From Candidatus Marinacidobacterium sp. (GTDB taxonomy: Bacteria > Acidobacteriota > Vicinamibacteria > Marinacidobacterales > Marinacidobacteraceae), in the NCBI GenBank assembly GCA_965220965.1, contig CBDCRI010000001.1:96001-160000 (forward strand): a DNA stretch of 64,000 nt, written 5' to 3'. How positions within the stretch are numbered: the first letter of the stretch is position 1; each line of letters begins with the position of its first letter. Made by a program: the position numbers and the translations under genes. Positions 28,655 through 37,456 of the stretch are shown piece by piece. The notes below the pieces were generated by a model. That model saw only the letters and a list, made by a program, of their open reading frames with translations. It made no database searches and was not told the DNA's origin.

Positions 28655-29472
28655 GCCCCGGCCTCCACCTCGTCGGCCAGCCCGTCCAGGAAGCGGGCCA
28701 GGTCGGCGGGCGCCAGGTCGTCGCCGGCCGGCGCGCCGCCGTCCCCGCCGCCGGAGCGCGGCCGGGCGGCCGGGGCGTCGTCGGGCCGCACCAGGAAGTG
28801 CCGGAACCACTGCATGAACAGGGCCTCGGCCTCCGCGGCGCGCAGCTGGGCGAGGCGGTCGCGGCCGACCTCGCGGGCGGCGGCCCGCCCGGCCGCGGCC
28901 TCGCGTTCGCCGAGGCCCTCCGGGGCGGGGTCGCCGCAGGCGAAGTGCCGGAAGAGCGCGTGGTCGCCGGCGGTCCGGCGCAGCGCCAGGCCGGCCAGCT
29001 CGGCGGGCAGGGGCGGGGCGTAGCGCCAGCGCCCCTCGCGCTCGCGCAGCCAGCGCTCGTGGGCCGAGCGGCAGGCCTGCGGGGTGATGTCGACCCCGGC
29101 CTCCGCGCAGGCCGCGAACAGCGCCGGCAGCCCGCCCAGGTCGCGCCAGCGCGCCCCGTAGGTCGCGCACAGGGCGCGGTGCAGCTCGCGCGCCTCGTCC
29201 GGGGCGTGCCACTCCGCCACCAGGCTGTCGAGCCAGCGCCCGAGGGCGGGCAGGGCCGGCGGCAGGGCGGGGCGCAGCAGCTCGTCGCCGAGCGCCAGCG
29301 CCGCGGTGCGCAGGCTCTCCGCGGGGCGGTCCTTGAGGCTCTCGGCCAGCTTGGCGGCGAGCGCCCTGCTGGCCCGCTCGTCGCCGTCGCACCAGTCGGC
29401 CCCGTAGGCCTGCGCGAGGGCCACGTGCAGCTCGCCGACGGCCCGCGCCGTCGCCTCGCTCACCGCGGCCAC
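28651..29472 (-). CDS. Putative helicase loader with two lambda-P-like repeats
   Basis: LHxAL..YGADW...PPALP and LHRAL..YGARW...PPLPAEL; coupled to dnaB. Confidence 0.5.
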   Translation of the reverse strand: MAAVSEATARAVGELHVALAQAYGADWCDGDERASRALAAKLAESLKDRPAESLRTAALALGDELLRPALPPALPALGRWLDSLVAEWHAPDEARELHRALCATYGARWRDLGGLPALFAACAEAGVDITPQACRSAHERWLREREGRWRYAPPLPAELAGLALRRTAGDHALFRHFACGDPAPEGLGEREAAAGRAAAREVGRDRLAQLRAAEAEALFMQWFRHFLVRPDDAPAARPRSGGGDGGAPAGDDLAPADLARFLDGLADEVEAGA

Positions 29473-29801
29473 CGCGCCTCCCCGCGCCCGGCCTCGTCGA
29501 GCAGCGCCCGGGCGGCGGCGCGGGCGGCCGTCACGGCGGCGTCCTCGCCGCCCTCCGGCGGCGCCTCAAGGGCGGCGGCCAGATCGGCGGCGCCCAGCCT
29601 CGCGCCGGGGTCGCGCGCCGCGCGGTACAGGCCCTCAAGCCGGCGCCGGGCGGGGCCGGCGCCGCCCAGGCGGCGCTCCATGCGGCGCAGCTGCTCCGCG
29701 CCGGGCACCAGCGCCTGGCCCAGGCGCGCGTACTGGGCGGTGGGCAGCCAGCCCGGGTAGCTTGGCGGCAGCGAGCGGCTGACCGGCAGCAGCACGATCA
29801 C
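29460..29801 (-). CDS. Hypothetical protein (113 aa)
   Basis: GTG start overlaps the recQ stop; fills the operon gap. Confidence 0.5.
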   Translation of the reverse strand: MIVLLPVSRSLPPSYPGWLPTAQYARLGQALVPGAEQLRRMERRLGGAGPARRRLEGLYRAARDPGARLGAADLAAALEAPPEGGEDAAVTAARAAARALLDEAGRGEARWPR

Positions 29802-31417
29802 GGCGCGGGCCCCGCCGCCGCCCCGTTCGCCGGGCAGCCCAGCCAGGGCTCGTTGGCCGCGGCCCACTGCGCCCACTGCCGGGCGAAGCGCGCGTCCACC
29901 CCGACCGCCTCGGCCAGCTCGGGATCGGGCGGCAGGCGGGCGAGGGCGCCGAGCGCCCGGCCGTCCACGCGCCGCGCGCCGCCCATCCACAGGCGCATCA
30001 GGCGCTCCGCGTGGTCGACGTCGCGCGGGCCGCCCGCGGCCACGGCGCCCGCCCCCTCCGCAGGCCAGGCCGCGCCCGGCGCCTGCCCGAGGCAGGCGGC
30101 GCAGGCCCCGCAGGGGCCCGGCGGCGGCGCCTCGCCGAAGTGGTCCAGCAGCCGGGCGTTGAGGCAGCCGGGGTCGCGCAGGGCGTCGGTGACCGCGTCC
30201 AGGCGCGCGTCCCACTGGGCGCGGTAGCGGACCAGCGCCCGCGCCCAGTCGTCGGGCAGCGGGCGGGCAAGGCCGCGGGCGGACAGCCACTCGGCCACCT
30301 GCCGCGCCTCGCGGTCGGTGGCGGGCCGCTCGACCGCCTCCGGGGCCGGCCACGCCCGGTCGCGGAAGTGGCGCTGCAGGGCCAGGTCGTCGCGCGTCCA
30401 GCCGACCACGCTGAACGCCTGCTCGCCGGGGGCGCGCCCGGCCCGGCCCGACTCCTGCACGTAGGCCTCCAGCGAGCCGGGCAGGCCGGCGTGCACCACC
30501 GTGCGCAGGCCCGGCACGTCCACCCCCATGCCGTAGGCCGCCGTCGCCACCATGACCGGCAGCTCGCCGCTGCGGAAGCGGGCCGACTCGGACGCCCGGG
30601 CGCGGCCGTCGAGCCGCGAGTGGTAGGCCCCGGCGGGCAGCCCGGTGGCGGTGATCCGCGCCGACAGCGCCTTGGCCGCCCGGATGGTCGGGGCGTAGAC
30701 CAGGCAGCGGCCGCGCGGCGCGTAGCGGTGGGCGGCGCGCACCGCGAAGGCGTCGCGCTCCGCGGCCGAGGGCAGCTCCACGGCGCCCCGCGCGATGTTG
30801 GGGCGGAACGAGCTCATCGCCACCCGCACCGGCGCGCGCAGGCCGAGGACGCGCTCCACCGCCTCCGCCGAGGCCGGCGCCAGCGTCGCCGAGCAGGCCA
30901 GCACCGGCACCCGGGGCAGGGCGGCCAACACCTCGCCGAGGCGCCCGTACTCAGGCCGGAAGTCGTGCCCCCACATGTCGATGCAGTGCGCCTCGTCGAT
31001 GACGACGTAGGCCAGCCGCGCGCCGGCCAGGCGCTCCCGGAAGCGGGCGTTGGCGAGCGTCTCCGGGGAGACGTGCAGGAAGGCGGCGCGGTTGGCGGCG
31101 GCCGCCTCAAGGGCGAGGCGGGCCTGGTCCGGGTCGGTCCCGGAGTGCACCTCGACCGCCTCGACGCCGGACAGGCGCAGGCGCTCGCCCTGGTCGCGCA
31201 TCAGGGCGATGGTCGGCTCGACCACCAAGGCCATGCCGCGCTCCGGGGCGCACAGCTGCGGCAGGTGGTAGCCCAGGCTCTTGCCGGCGCTGGTCGGCAG
31301 CATGGCCAGGCAGTCGCGGCCCGACAGCACCGCCCGCGCCATGCGCATCTGGTGCTCCCGAACCGCCGCGTAGCCGAACACGGACCCGGCGACGGCGGCT
31401 ATCACCCGCTCATCCAT
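29798..31417 (-). CDS. recQ: RecQ family helicase
   Basis: PTSAGKS, IDEAHC..WGHDFRPEY, ATAAYGMGVD, YVQESGRAGR, Zn site C..HFGE..CGAC. Confidence 0.92.
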   Translation of the reverse strand: MDERVIAAVAGSVFGYAAVREHQMRMARAVLSGRDCLAMLPTSAGKSLGYHLPQLCAPERGMALVVEPTIALMRDQGERLRLSGVEAVEVHSGTDPDQARLALEAAAANRAAFLHVSPETLANARFRERLAGARLAYVVIDEAHCIDMWGHDFRPEYGRLGEVLAALPRVPVLACSATLAPASAEAVERVLGLRAPVRVAMSSFRPNIARGAVELPSAAERDAFAVRAAHRYAPRGRCLVYAPTIRAAKALSARITATGLPAGAYHSRLDGRARASESARFRSGELPVMVATAAYGMGVDVPGLRTVVHAGLPGSLEAYVQESGRAGRAPGEQAFSVVGWTRDDLALQRHFRDRAWPAPEAVERPATDREARQVAEWLSARGLARPLPDDWARALVRYRAQWDARLDAVTDALRDPGCLNARLLDHFGEAPPPGPCGACAACLGQAPGAAWPAEGAGAVAAGGPRDVDHAERLMRLWMGGARRVDGRALGALARLPPDPELAEAVGVDARFARQWAQWAAANEPWLGCPANGAAAGPAP

Positions 31418-31422
31418 GACCC

Positions 31423-31450
31423 GTATTATACCAACTTTCCGGGTCGGCAG
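31423..31450 (-). promoter_or_regulatory. recQ promoter, extended -10 TGGTATAATAC, probably leaderless
   Basis: -10 box ends 7 nt before the ATG; no SD. Confidence 0.6.
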
Positions 31451-31593
31451 GCCCGGGCGGGCGCCCCGCCGGCAAGGCCCCGCCGCCCGGCCCGAAGCGG
31501 CCGGCGCCGGACGGAGGCGGAGGGCGCCGGCCGCGGGCGCAGCGCGGTTCCATGCTATAAAGGCCGGCCAGCAAAACCATGGATGGAGGCCCC

Positions 31594-32634
31594 ATGCCGA
31601 ACAGAACGCCCTTCGCCCGGTTCCGGGGAACGCTCGCCGCGGCCGCCTGCCTGGCCGCGGCGGCCGCCCCGGCCGCGGCCCCCGCCGGGGCGGCGCCGAA
31701 GGCCGCCGTGCACGGCGAGGCCCCGCTGGTCCGGCTGCGCGCGCCGTCGCGCGGCGAGGCGCGGCTGGTGTTCACCGACCGGGCCGGACGGCCGCTCGCC
31801 GTCACGCGGCTGGTGGACGCCGACGACGCCGGCGCCTCCACCGACGGCGCCTTCGTCACCTTGGGCCCCGCCGCGGACGCGGCCCCCTTCGCGGTGGCGC
31901 TGGAGCGCGGCACGGTGCCCATCGTCGTCCACGCCACCCGCCGCGGGGGGCGCGGCGCGCCGGCCCTGGCGTTCGTGCGGGTGCCGCCGCAGTGGCTGGC
32001 GCCCCCGGAGGCCCGGCCGGCCACGGCCGGCCTCGACCAAGCGATCAGCGACTGGGTGATGGCCAACCCGGACGTGATCCGCGCCGCCCTCGACCCGAGC
32101 CGCCAGGCGTTCGCCAACGCGGAGGCGATGCGCGCGGAGATCCTCTCGTCAGGCGCGCCGACCCTGCACGAGGGCGACCGGGCGGTCACCGTGGTCGCCT
32201 TCGGCGACTACCGCTGCGGCTTCACCCGCGACTCCTTCCCGTCGCTCCAGGCGGCGCTTGAGGAGGGGGCCGGCGTGCAGGTCCAGGAGTTCGCCGTGCT
32301 GGGCCCGGAGAGCGAGGCGCTCGCCCGGCGGGCGCTCGCCGCCCAGCGCCTGGGGCGCTACGCGGCGGCCCACGAGCTGCTGATGGCCGGCGACGGCGCG
32401 GAGCTGGGGGACGCGGCGTTCGCCGCCGCCATCGGGGCCGACCCCGCGGCCTTCGCGGAGGCGCTGGCGTCGCCGGCGGTGGCGCAAGCCTTCGACGGCG
32501 CGCGGGCGCTGGCCGGCCGGGTGGGCATCGGCGGCACGCCGGCCTTCCTGGTCTACGGCCCGAACGGGTTCCGCATGTCGCCGGGCCACACCGAGCCCGA
32601 GGGCATGCTGGAGATGATCGAGAGCGTGCGCTAG
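31594..32634 (+). CDS. Exported DsbA/thioredoxin-fold protein with an atypical active site (CGFT)
   Basis: Signal peptide; NPDVI, TVVAFGDYRCGFT, EFAVLG, GIGGTPAF. Confidence 0.75.
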   Translation: MPNRTPFARFRGTLAAAACLAAAAAPAAAPAGAAPKAAVHGEAPLVRLRAPSRGEARLVFTDRAGRPLAVTRLVDADDAGASTDGAFVTLGPAADAAPFAVALERGTVPIVVHATRRGGRGAPALAFVRVPPQWLAPPEARPATAGLDQAISDWVMANPDVIRAALDPSRQAFANAEAMRAEILSSGAPTLHEGDRAVTVVAFGDYRCGFTRDSFPSLQAALEEGAGVQVQEFAVLGPESEALARRALAAQRLGRYAAAHELLMAGDGAELGDAAFAAAIGADPAAFAEALASPAVAQAFDGARALAGRVGIGGTPAFLVYGPNGFRMSPGHTEPEGMLEMIESVR

Positions 32635-32966
32635 CGGCCGGGGCGGGCTTCTGCCGCCGGTGCGTGGCGGGCATGCCGAAGCTCTCGCAGGGCGGCACTC
32701 GGAAGTGGCTGAACCGCGTGGCCTGAGCCGCGTCGAAGAGGTCGGCGGTTGCGGACTCGGGTTCGGTGGCGTTCCGTTCACGTTGCTCGCCCTTCAAGCC
32801 CCCCGTGCGCCTTTGGATTGGGGCAATCCGGGGAGCTTCGTGGCGTGATGCTGAACCTGCGGTGCGGGAGGCAGCTTTAAGGCGCTGTTTTATATGAGCA
32901 AAAGGGAAAAACCCACCCAAAACAAGTAACGGCTTGGAAAAGAGCGCACTGGACCGTTTTCTTATC

Positions 32967-34529
32967 TCACTTCGGCGGTTTGTCCGGTTCTTCGCCAAGA
33001 TCGGGCGAGAACAGTTCGATACGTTTCACCGTCACGGTGAATAGGACACCGTCGGGGTCTTGATAGGACTTACGAATCGAACAAATCTTCTCCAAAACTC
33101 TTTTGGCAAAAAGTGGTCCTGTCCTCGCCAAGGGGCCTTCTGGTTCGTCTCCCTTCGCAGCTTTTCTGTACCGCCCAATGAGAGGCGTATCCTGTGGTCC
33201 ATTTTGCCCATCAGGGCTTCGCCGATCCCTTTGTAGTTGACCAATGGCTATACTTGCCTCGAATGCGGCCATCTCCTCGTCATGCCTCGCGCGCATGTTC
33301 GACCCAAGAAGTTCCGTGACCCCGTCGATCACCTCGGCATCGGATACTTCGCCACGCACAAACCGGTAGTACAGGTCCCGGTCCAGCGTCCGGAGAATGA
33401 TTAGGACCGCCGTTGTAGTTCCCAAGACGAGCTTGTGGTCCGCCAGAGCCTCGTACACCAGTCCTATGTGATGAATCGCCCGCGCGACCGTCCGCAGACC
33501 GACGACCTTCTCTCCGAAAAAGGCCACCAGCATCGACTGCAGGATGTCGAACTCACTCTGCCTGCGTTCATCGGGCGTCCGTTCCAGGTAGGCCTCGATG
33601 CCGACTTTCTGGATTGTCTTCTCGATGAAATGCTTGCGGTTGGGGTCCGGTAGCCGGAAATCCACGTCTAAGAAGCGGCCCAGGTAGCCTTGCGCATCGA
33701 ACGCCGGCCCGTACAGAGCCTGAACTGAATGGGCGAGCTCCTTCCGGTTAACCGCGACCACGAACACCACGCCGTCCACCGAGAACAGGTGTTTCGCGAC
33801 TTCCAAGAGTTCCACCGCGTAGGAGGGGCGGCACCTGTCGAGTTCGTCGATGGTCACGACCAGCAGCGGTTGCTTCGGCTCTTCCGACACCGCCTGCGCC
33901 ATATGTTGCTTTGGCTCTTTCGACACCGCCTGCGCCATGTCTTGCAGAGCCTCCCTGAACTTTTTCACCGCCTCCCGCGCTTCGCGATATGCTGAAACCC
34001 GCTCATCGGCATGGTAGTCCGCGATGCCATCGATTACCTCCTCCAGCACCTTGCCCACCACCGGAGCTGCTGCCCCGAGCAGCGCTTTCAGCATCGCTGG
34101 CCTTCTCGTCCTCATGACCGCTTTTGCGCACTCAAGCCCCTTTTTGATGCTGTCTTGGGTCTGTTCGTCCAACGCGTCGTCGCGCTTGATGAGGCCGTCG
34201 GTCAGTTCGGTCGCAATCGCCGTGAACGGGTCCGACACGTAGTCGTTTTCCCACGCGTTGAAACTCACCACCGGCACGCCGTCGTTCTCCAGGAACCGTT
34301 CCAGCATCCGGATGAATGTCGTCTTTCCGTTTCCCCATTCCGCATCGACCCCGAACACGCCAGGGCCGTCCACCGAGCGGATCAATCTGGCGAGGATCTC
34401 GACGGACTCCTTGCGCTCCAAGGCGTCGTCTCTGAACGGGTCGCCTTCTTCCGGCACCTTAATGTCGTGAGGCTTGATTCGTATTCTCAACGTCCGCACT
34501 CTTGTCTCCCGGTTCTGCACCAATTTCAT
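32967..34529 (-). CDS. KAP family P-loop NTPase (PifA-like)
   Basis: DAEWGNGKT, FNAWEND, IDELDRCRPSYA..LE..KHLF, YLGRF; markedly lower GC. Confidence 0.9.
   Translation of the reverse strand: MKLVQNRETRVRTLRIRIKPHDIKVPEEGDPFRDDALERKESVEILARLIRSVDGPGVFGVDAEWGNGKTTFIRMLERFLENDGVPVVSFNAWENDYVSDPFTAIATELTDGLIKRDDALDEQTQDSIKKGLECAKAVMRTRRPAMLKALLGAAAPVVGKVLEEVIDGIADYHADERVSAYREAREAVKKFREALQDMAQAVSKEPKQHMAQAVSEEPKQPLLVVTIDELDRCRPSYAVELLEVAKHLFSVDGVVFVVAVNRKELAHSVQALYGPAFDAQGYLGRFLDVDFRLPDPNRKHFIEKTIQKVGIEAYLERTPDERRQSEFDILQSMLVAFFGEKVVGLRTVARAIHHIGLVYEALADHKLVLGTTTAVLIILRTLDRDLYYRFVRGEVSDAEVIDGVTELLGSNMRARHDEEMAAFEASIAIGQLQRDRRSPDGQNGPQDTPLIGRYRKAAKGDEPEGPLARTGPLFAKRVLEKICSIRKSYQDPDGVLFTVTVKRIELFSPDLGEEPDKPPK
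33869..33938. repeat. In-frame 36-bp tandem duplication in the KAP gene
   Basis: MAQAVSKEPKQH / MAQAVSEEPKQP; two near-identical copies. Confidence 0.85.
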
Positions 34530-34539
34530 TCAGTGAAAT

Positions 34540-35163
34540 CTAGAATGGGAGATCGTCGTCCACGATGGCGCCGGCCGGGGCGGGGGCGGCGCCGTTCTGG
34601 AGGCCCGCCGCGGGCTGCAGTGCGGGCGCGGGCGCCTGCTCCTGAACCGGCTGCGCCCCGTGCTGGTGGGCGGGCGCGAGCTGCTGGACCGGCTGCGGCT
34701 GCTGCTGGACCGGCTGCGGCCCTTGCTGGACCGGTGCGGGCTGCTGCTGAACCGGTGCGGGCTGCTGCTGGACCGGTGCGGGCTGCTGCTGGACCGGTGC
34801 GGCCTGTTGGGTCGGCACGGCCTGCGGGTGCACGCTGCGCGTGAGGTTGTCGTACTCGTAGACGCGAACGAAGTGCTCGCGCTCCTTTGAGTTGGGGTTT
34901 TGGGCGTCCTTGACCTCGCGCGAGGTCAGCTCGCCGCGCACCGCCACCAGGTCCCCCGGCGCGCTGCGCAGCGCCATCTGCTCGGCTGTTTCCCGGTAGG
35001 CGTAGACGGTGTGCCAGTCGGACTTGGCCCTCAGCTCGCCCTCGACGTAGTAGTTGCGCGTGGTCCTGAGGCGCGCCCGCACGTACTTCGTGCCGGTCTG
35101 CATCTGCTTCAGCTCCATCGGGTCGTTGGCCAAGTGTCCGGTGAGGACCACTACGTTGGTCAT
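34540..35163 (-). CDS. ssb: Single-stranded DNA-binding protein
   Basis: N.V.L.G.L..DP, DWH.V, G.LV.V.G.L OB fold; acidic tail DDDLPF. Confidence 0.92.
   Translation of the reverse strand: MTNVVVLTGHLANDPMELKQMQTGTKYVRARLRTTRNYYVEGELRAKSDWHTVYAYRETAEQMALRSAPGDLVAVRGELTSREVKDAQNPNSKEREHFVRVYEYDNLTRSVHPQAVPTQQAAPVQQQPAPVQQQPAPVQQQPAPVQQGPQPVQQQPQPVQQLAPAHQHGAQPVQEQAPAPALQPAAGLQNGAAPAPAGAIVDDDLPF
34681..34800. repeat. 21-bp coding minisatellite (PVQQQPA units) in the SSB linker
   Basis: About six imperfect copies of ctgctgctggaccggtgcggg. Confidence 0.85.
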
Positions 35164-35202
35164 GGGAGGCTCCTGTCGTAATCCTTTATTGCTGCGGGCC
35201 AG

Positions 35203-35231
35203 ATTATAGGAAGCGGGGCGGCTTTGGCCCC
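35203..35231 (-). promoter_or_regulatory. ssb promoter GGGGCC-N17-TATAAT
   Basis: Perfect -10 in the intergenic gap. Confidence 0.55.
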
Positions 35232-35235
35232 GCCG

Positions 35236-36441
35236 TCACAGCCCGAAGCGCGGACCGGTCGACCGCAGCGGTCCGGCGGGCGGATCGTCCGGGGCGTCAG
35301 GCCCGGCGTCAGGCTCGGGGTCGTGGCCAGGGTCCTGGTCCGGGGCGTCGCCCTCCACCAGCTCCAGGCGCCGGCGGGCCTCGTAGCTGTTCAAGGCCCC
35401 CGCGAAGAAGTCCGAGACCGAGGCCGCAGCCTCCTCCGCGGACAGCCCGTCGAGCTGGTGCGCCCCGACGGAGGCGTGCCCCAGGCCCTGCTCCAGCAGC
35501 AGCAGGCCGTGCGTCGCGTCCTCCGCGAGCAGCGGCGACGCCCAGTCGCGCACGCGCGCCTCGAAGGCCTCAAGCATCCCCCTGAAGCCCTCCGTGGCGG
35601 CGTCGAGCCGGGCGAGGGCCGCCCGCGGCAGGGCGGCGGCCGCGACGCGCCCGCGCAGTCCGGCGAACCAGGCGCGGGAGGCCTCCGCCAGGTCGCCGCC
35701 CTGGGCCAGGGCCTCCAAATGCCCGGAGCACATGTGGAGCATCATGCGCACGTGGTGCGCCGCGCCCTCCAGCCGGGCCTCCTCGATGACCCGCTCATGG
35801 CCGTCCATCGGCGCCTCCGGCGCGTTCGGCCGGTCGGACGCCCGCAACGCGTTCTGGGCGCCGGCGGCGAACGCCTCCGGCCCGACGTCCTCGGACGCCG
35901 CGTAGCCGGCGGCGGCGAAGGCGTCGGCGACCGCCTCGCGGGCGCAGGCGAAGCTCGCCTGGTCGAGGGCCTGGCGGAACTGCGGCATGGCGAACAGCCG
36001 CCCGGCTGCCTCGCGGTCGGGACTGTCGATGGCCATCTGGCACTCGCGCCAGGCGCGGCCCATGGCGGTGCGCACCCCCAGCCGGCGGCTTCGGTCGAAG
36101 GACTCCATGGCCGCCTCGAGGCTGGGCATCGACGACGCCCACGCGGCGCGGCCGCCGGCCAGCGGCGGATCCTCGCCGTCAAGGTGCGCGAAGCCCCCCC
36201 CGGCGGCCATCCGCTCCGCCCGCAGGCAGATCTCGGCGGCCCCGCCGGCCACCAATGACAGCACGGCGCCGCACAGCGCAGCCCGCTCGCCGTCATCGGA
36301 TTCCAGCCCCGACCGCAGCCGCTCCAGCAGGGCGGCGCCGGCGTCCTGCGCATCGCCTGCCGCAACGTCGGCCTCGCCGCCGGCCTGGTGGGCCTCGCCG
36401 TAGCGCAGGAGCGCCTGCACTTGAGCCGAATTGAGTCTCAC
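35236..36441 (-). CDS. Hypothetical alpha-helical protein (about 401 aa)
   Basis: Start reassigned to GTG 36441 (CAGGAGG SD); upstream GGGGCC-N17-TACAAT at 36490-36518. Confidence 0.65.
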   Translation of the reverse strand: MRLNSAQVQALLRYGEAHQAGGEADVAAGDAQDAGAALLERLRSGLESDDGERAALCGAVLSLVAGGAAEICLRAERMAAGGGFAHLDGEDPPLAGGRAAWASSMPSLEAAMESFDRSRRLGVRTAMGRAWRECQMAIDSPDREAAGRLFAMPQFRQALDQASFACAREAVADAFAAAGYAASEDVGPEAFAAGAQNALRASDRPNAPEAPMDGHERVIEEARLEGAAHHVRMMLHMCSGHLEALAQGGDLAEASRAWFAGLRGRVAAAALPRAALARLDAATEGFRGMLEAFEARVRDWASPLLAEDATHGLLLLEQGLGHASVGAHQLDGLSAEEAAASVSDFFAGALNSYEARRRLELVEGDAPDQDPGHDPEPDAGPDAPDDPPAGPLRSTGPRFGL

Positions 36442-36528
36442 GATCGCGCCCTCCTGTGGCTGGGGCGCCTCGTCCGCCCCGTTCGCTCCATTGTAGCTTC
36501 CGCCCGGCCGTTGGCCCCCGAAAAGGCC

Positions 36529-36551
36529 AAAAAAAAGACGCCCCGCGCCCT
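36529..36551 (-). terminator. Possible intrinsic terminator after the TraW-like gene
   Basis: Weak GC hairpin followed by an 8-T run on the minus strand. Confidence 0.35.
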
Positions 36552-37456
36552 CAGTCCCCGCGCCCGCCGCCAGGCTCCCGTCCCGCCTGCGCGGCCGCCA
36601 GCAGCCGGACGGCCAGGCCCGCCTCCCGGGCCAGCGCCGACTCGAGCCGGTCGATCCGCCGTTCCAGCCTGGCCGCCCGCAGCTCGGCCCGCAGCCCGAA
36701 CAGCTGCTGGCCGCTGACCGCGCCGGCCGCAAGGTCCGCCTGCAGCGCCCGCTGCCGCGCCCGGTGCGAGGCCCCGGCCCCGGCGATCCGGTCGAGGTAG
36801 CGCAGCTTCGCGACCCGCGCCAGCATGGCGCGCGCCGACTGCGTCCGGGCCGCCTCCGTCAGGCCTTGGGCGGCCGCCAGCCCCCGGCCGCCGGGCACCG
36901 GCGAGGACGGCGCCAGCGCCTCGATGGCCATCGCCGACAGCGCCAGCGCCGCGTTCGGGGGCGCCTCGCCCGCGGCGCCGCCGAGCAGCGGCAGCCCGGC
37001 CGCCTCGGCGCGGAAGCCGGCGATCGCGTCGCGGGGCGCGGCCGGGCCGCCGCCGGTCCAGGCCCGCGCCGGGGCGACGCTGCCCGCCGACGCCGCCTCC
37101 CGGTAGGCGGCCCGCACTTGGCCGGCCGCCTGCGCCCGGGCGATGCGCGCGCAGGCGTCGCGGGGCGCCGCCGCCTCCGCCCGCTCCAGGTTGCGCCGGC
37201 TGAGCTGGCGCCGCTCCGCGTCCGCCGCGTTGCCCAGGCGCATGAGCCCGTCGGTGCGCACCGCGGCGTCCGTGCGGCGGTCCTCGGCCAGCGCCCGCGC
37301 CTCTCCGAGCGCGGCGGAGCGCCGCCAGTCGCTGAGCGCCTCCTCCAGCTGGGCGAGCTGCCCGGCGATGTGCCCGACGTCCGCGACCGGCCCGCCGAAA
37401 AAGGCCAGCGCCTGGCCCGAGGCCAGCATCAGCGCCGCCAGGGCGACCCACCTCAC
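36551..37456 (-). CDS. Exported conjugation protein, TraW/VirB5-like
   Basis: Signal peptide (ALA-F), GGPVADV, coiled-coil helices, single Cys; GTG start at 37456. Confidence 0.45.
   Translation of the reverse strand: MRWVALAALMLASGQALAFFGGPVADVGHIAGQLAQLEEALSDWRRSAALGEARALAEDRRTDAAVRTDGLMRLGNAADAERRQLSRRNLERAEAAAPRDACARIARAQAAGQVRAAYREAASAGSVAPARAWTGGGPAAPRDAIAGFRAEAAGLPLLGGAAGEAPPNAALALSAMAIEALAPSSPVPGGRGLAAAQGLTEAARTQSARAMLARVAKLRYLDRIAGAGASHRARQRALQADLAAGAVSGQQLFGLRAELRAARLERRIDRLESALAREAGLAVRLLAAAQAGREPGGGRGD

Noticed and set aside
34681-34800. Repeat as a CRISPR array
   Set aside because: Contiguous in-frame tandem units with no unique spacers, inside ssb
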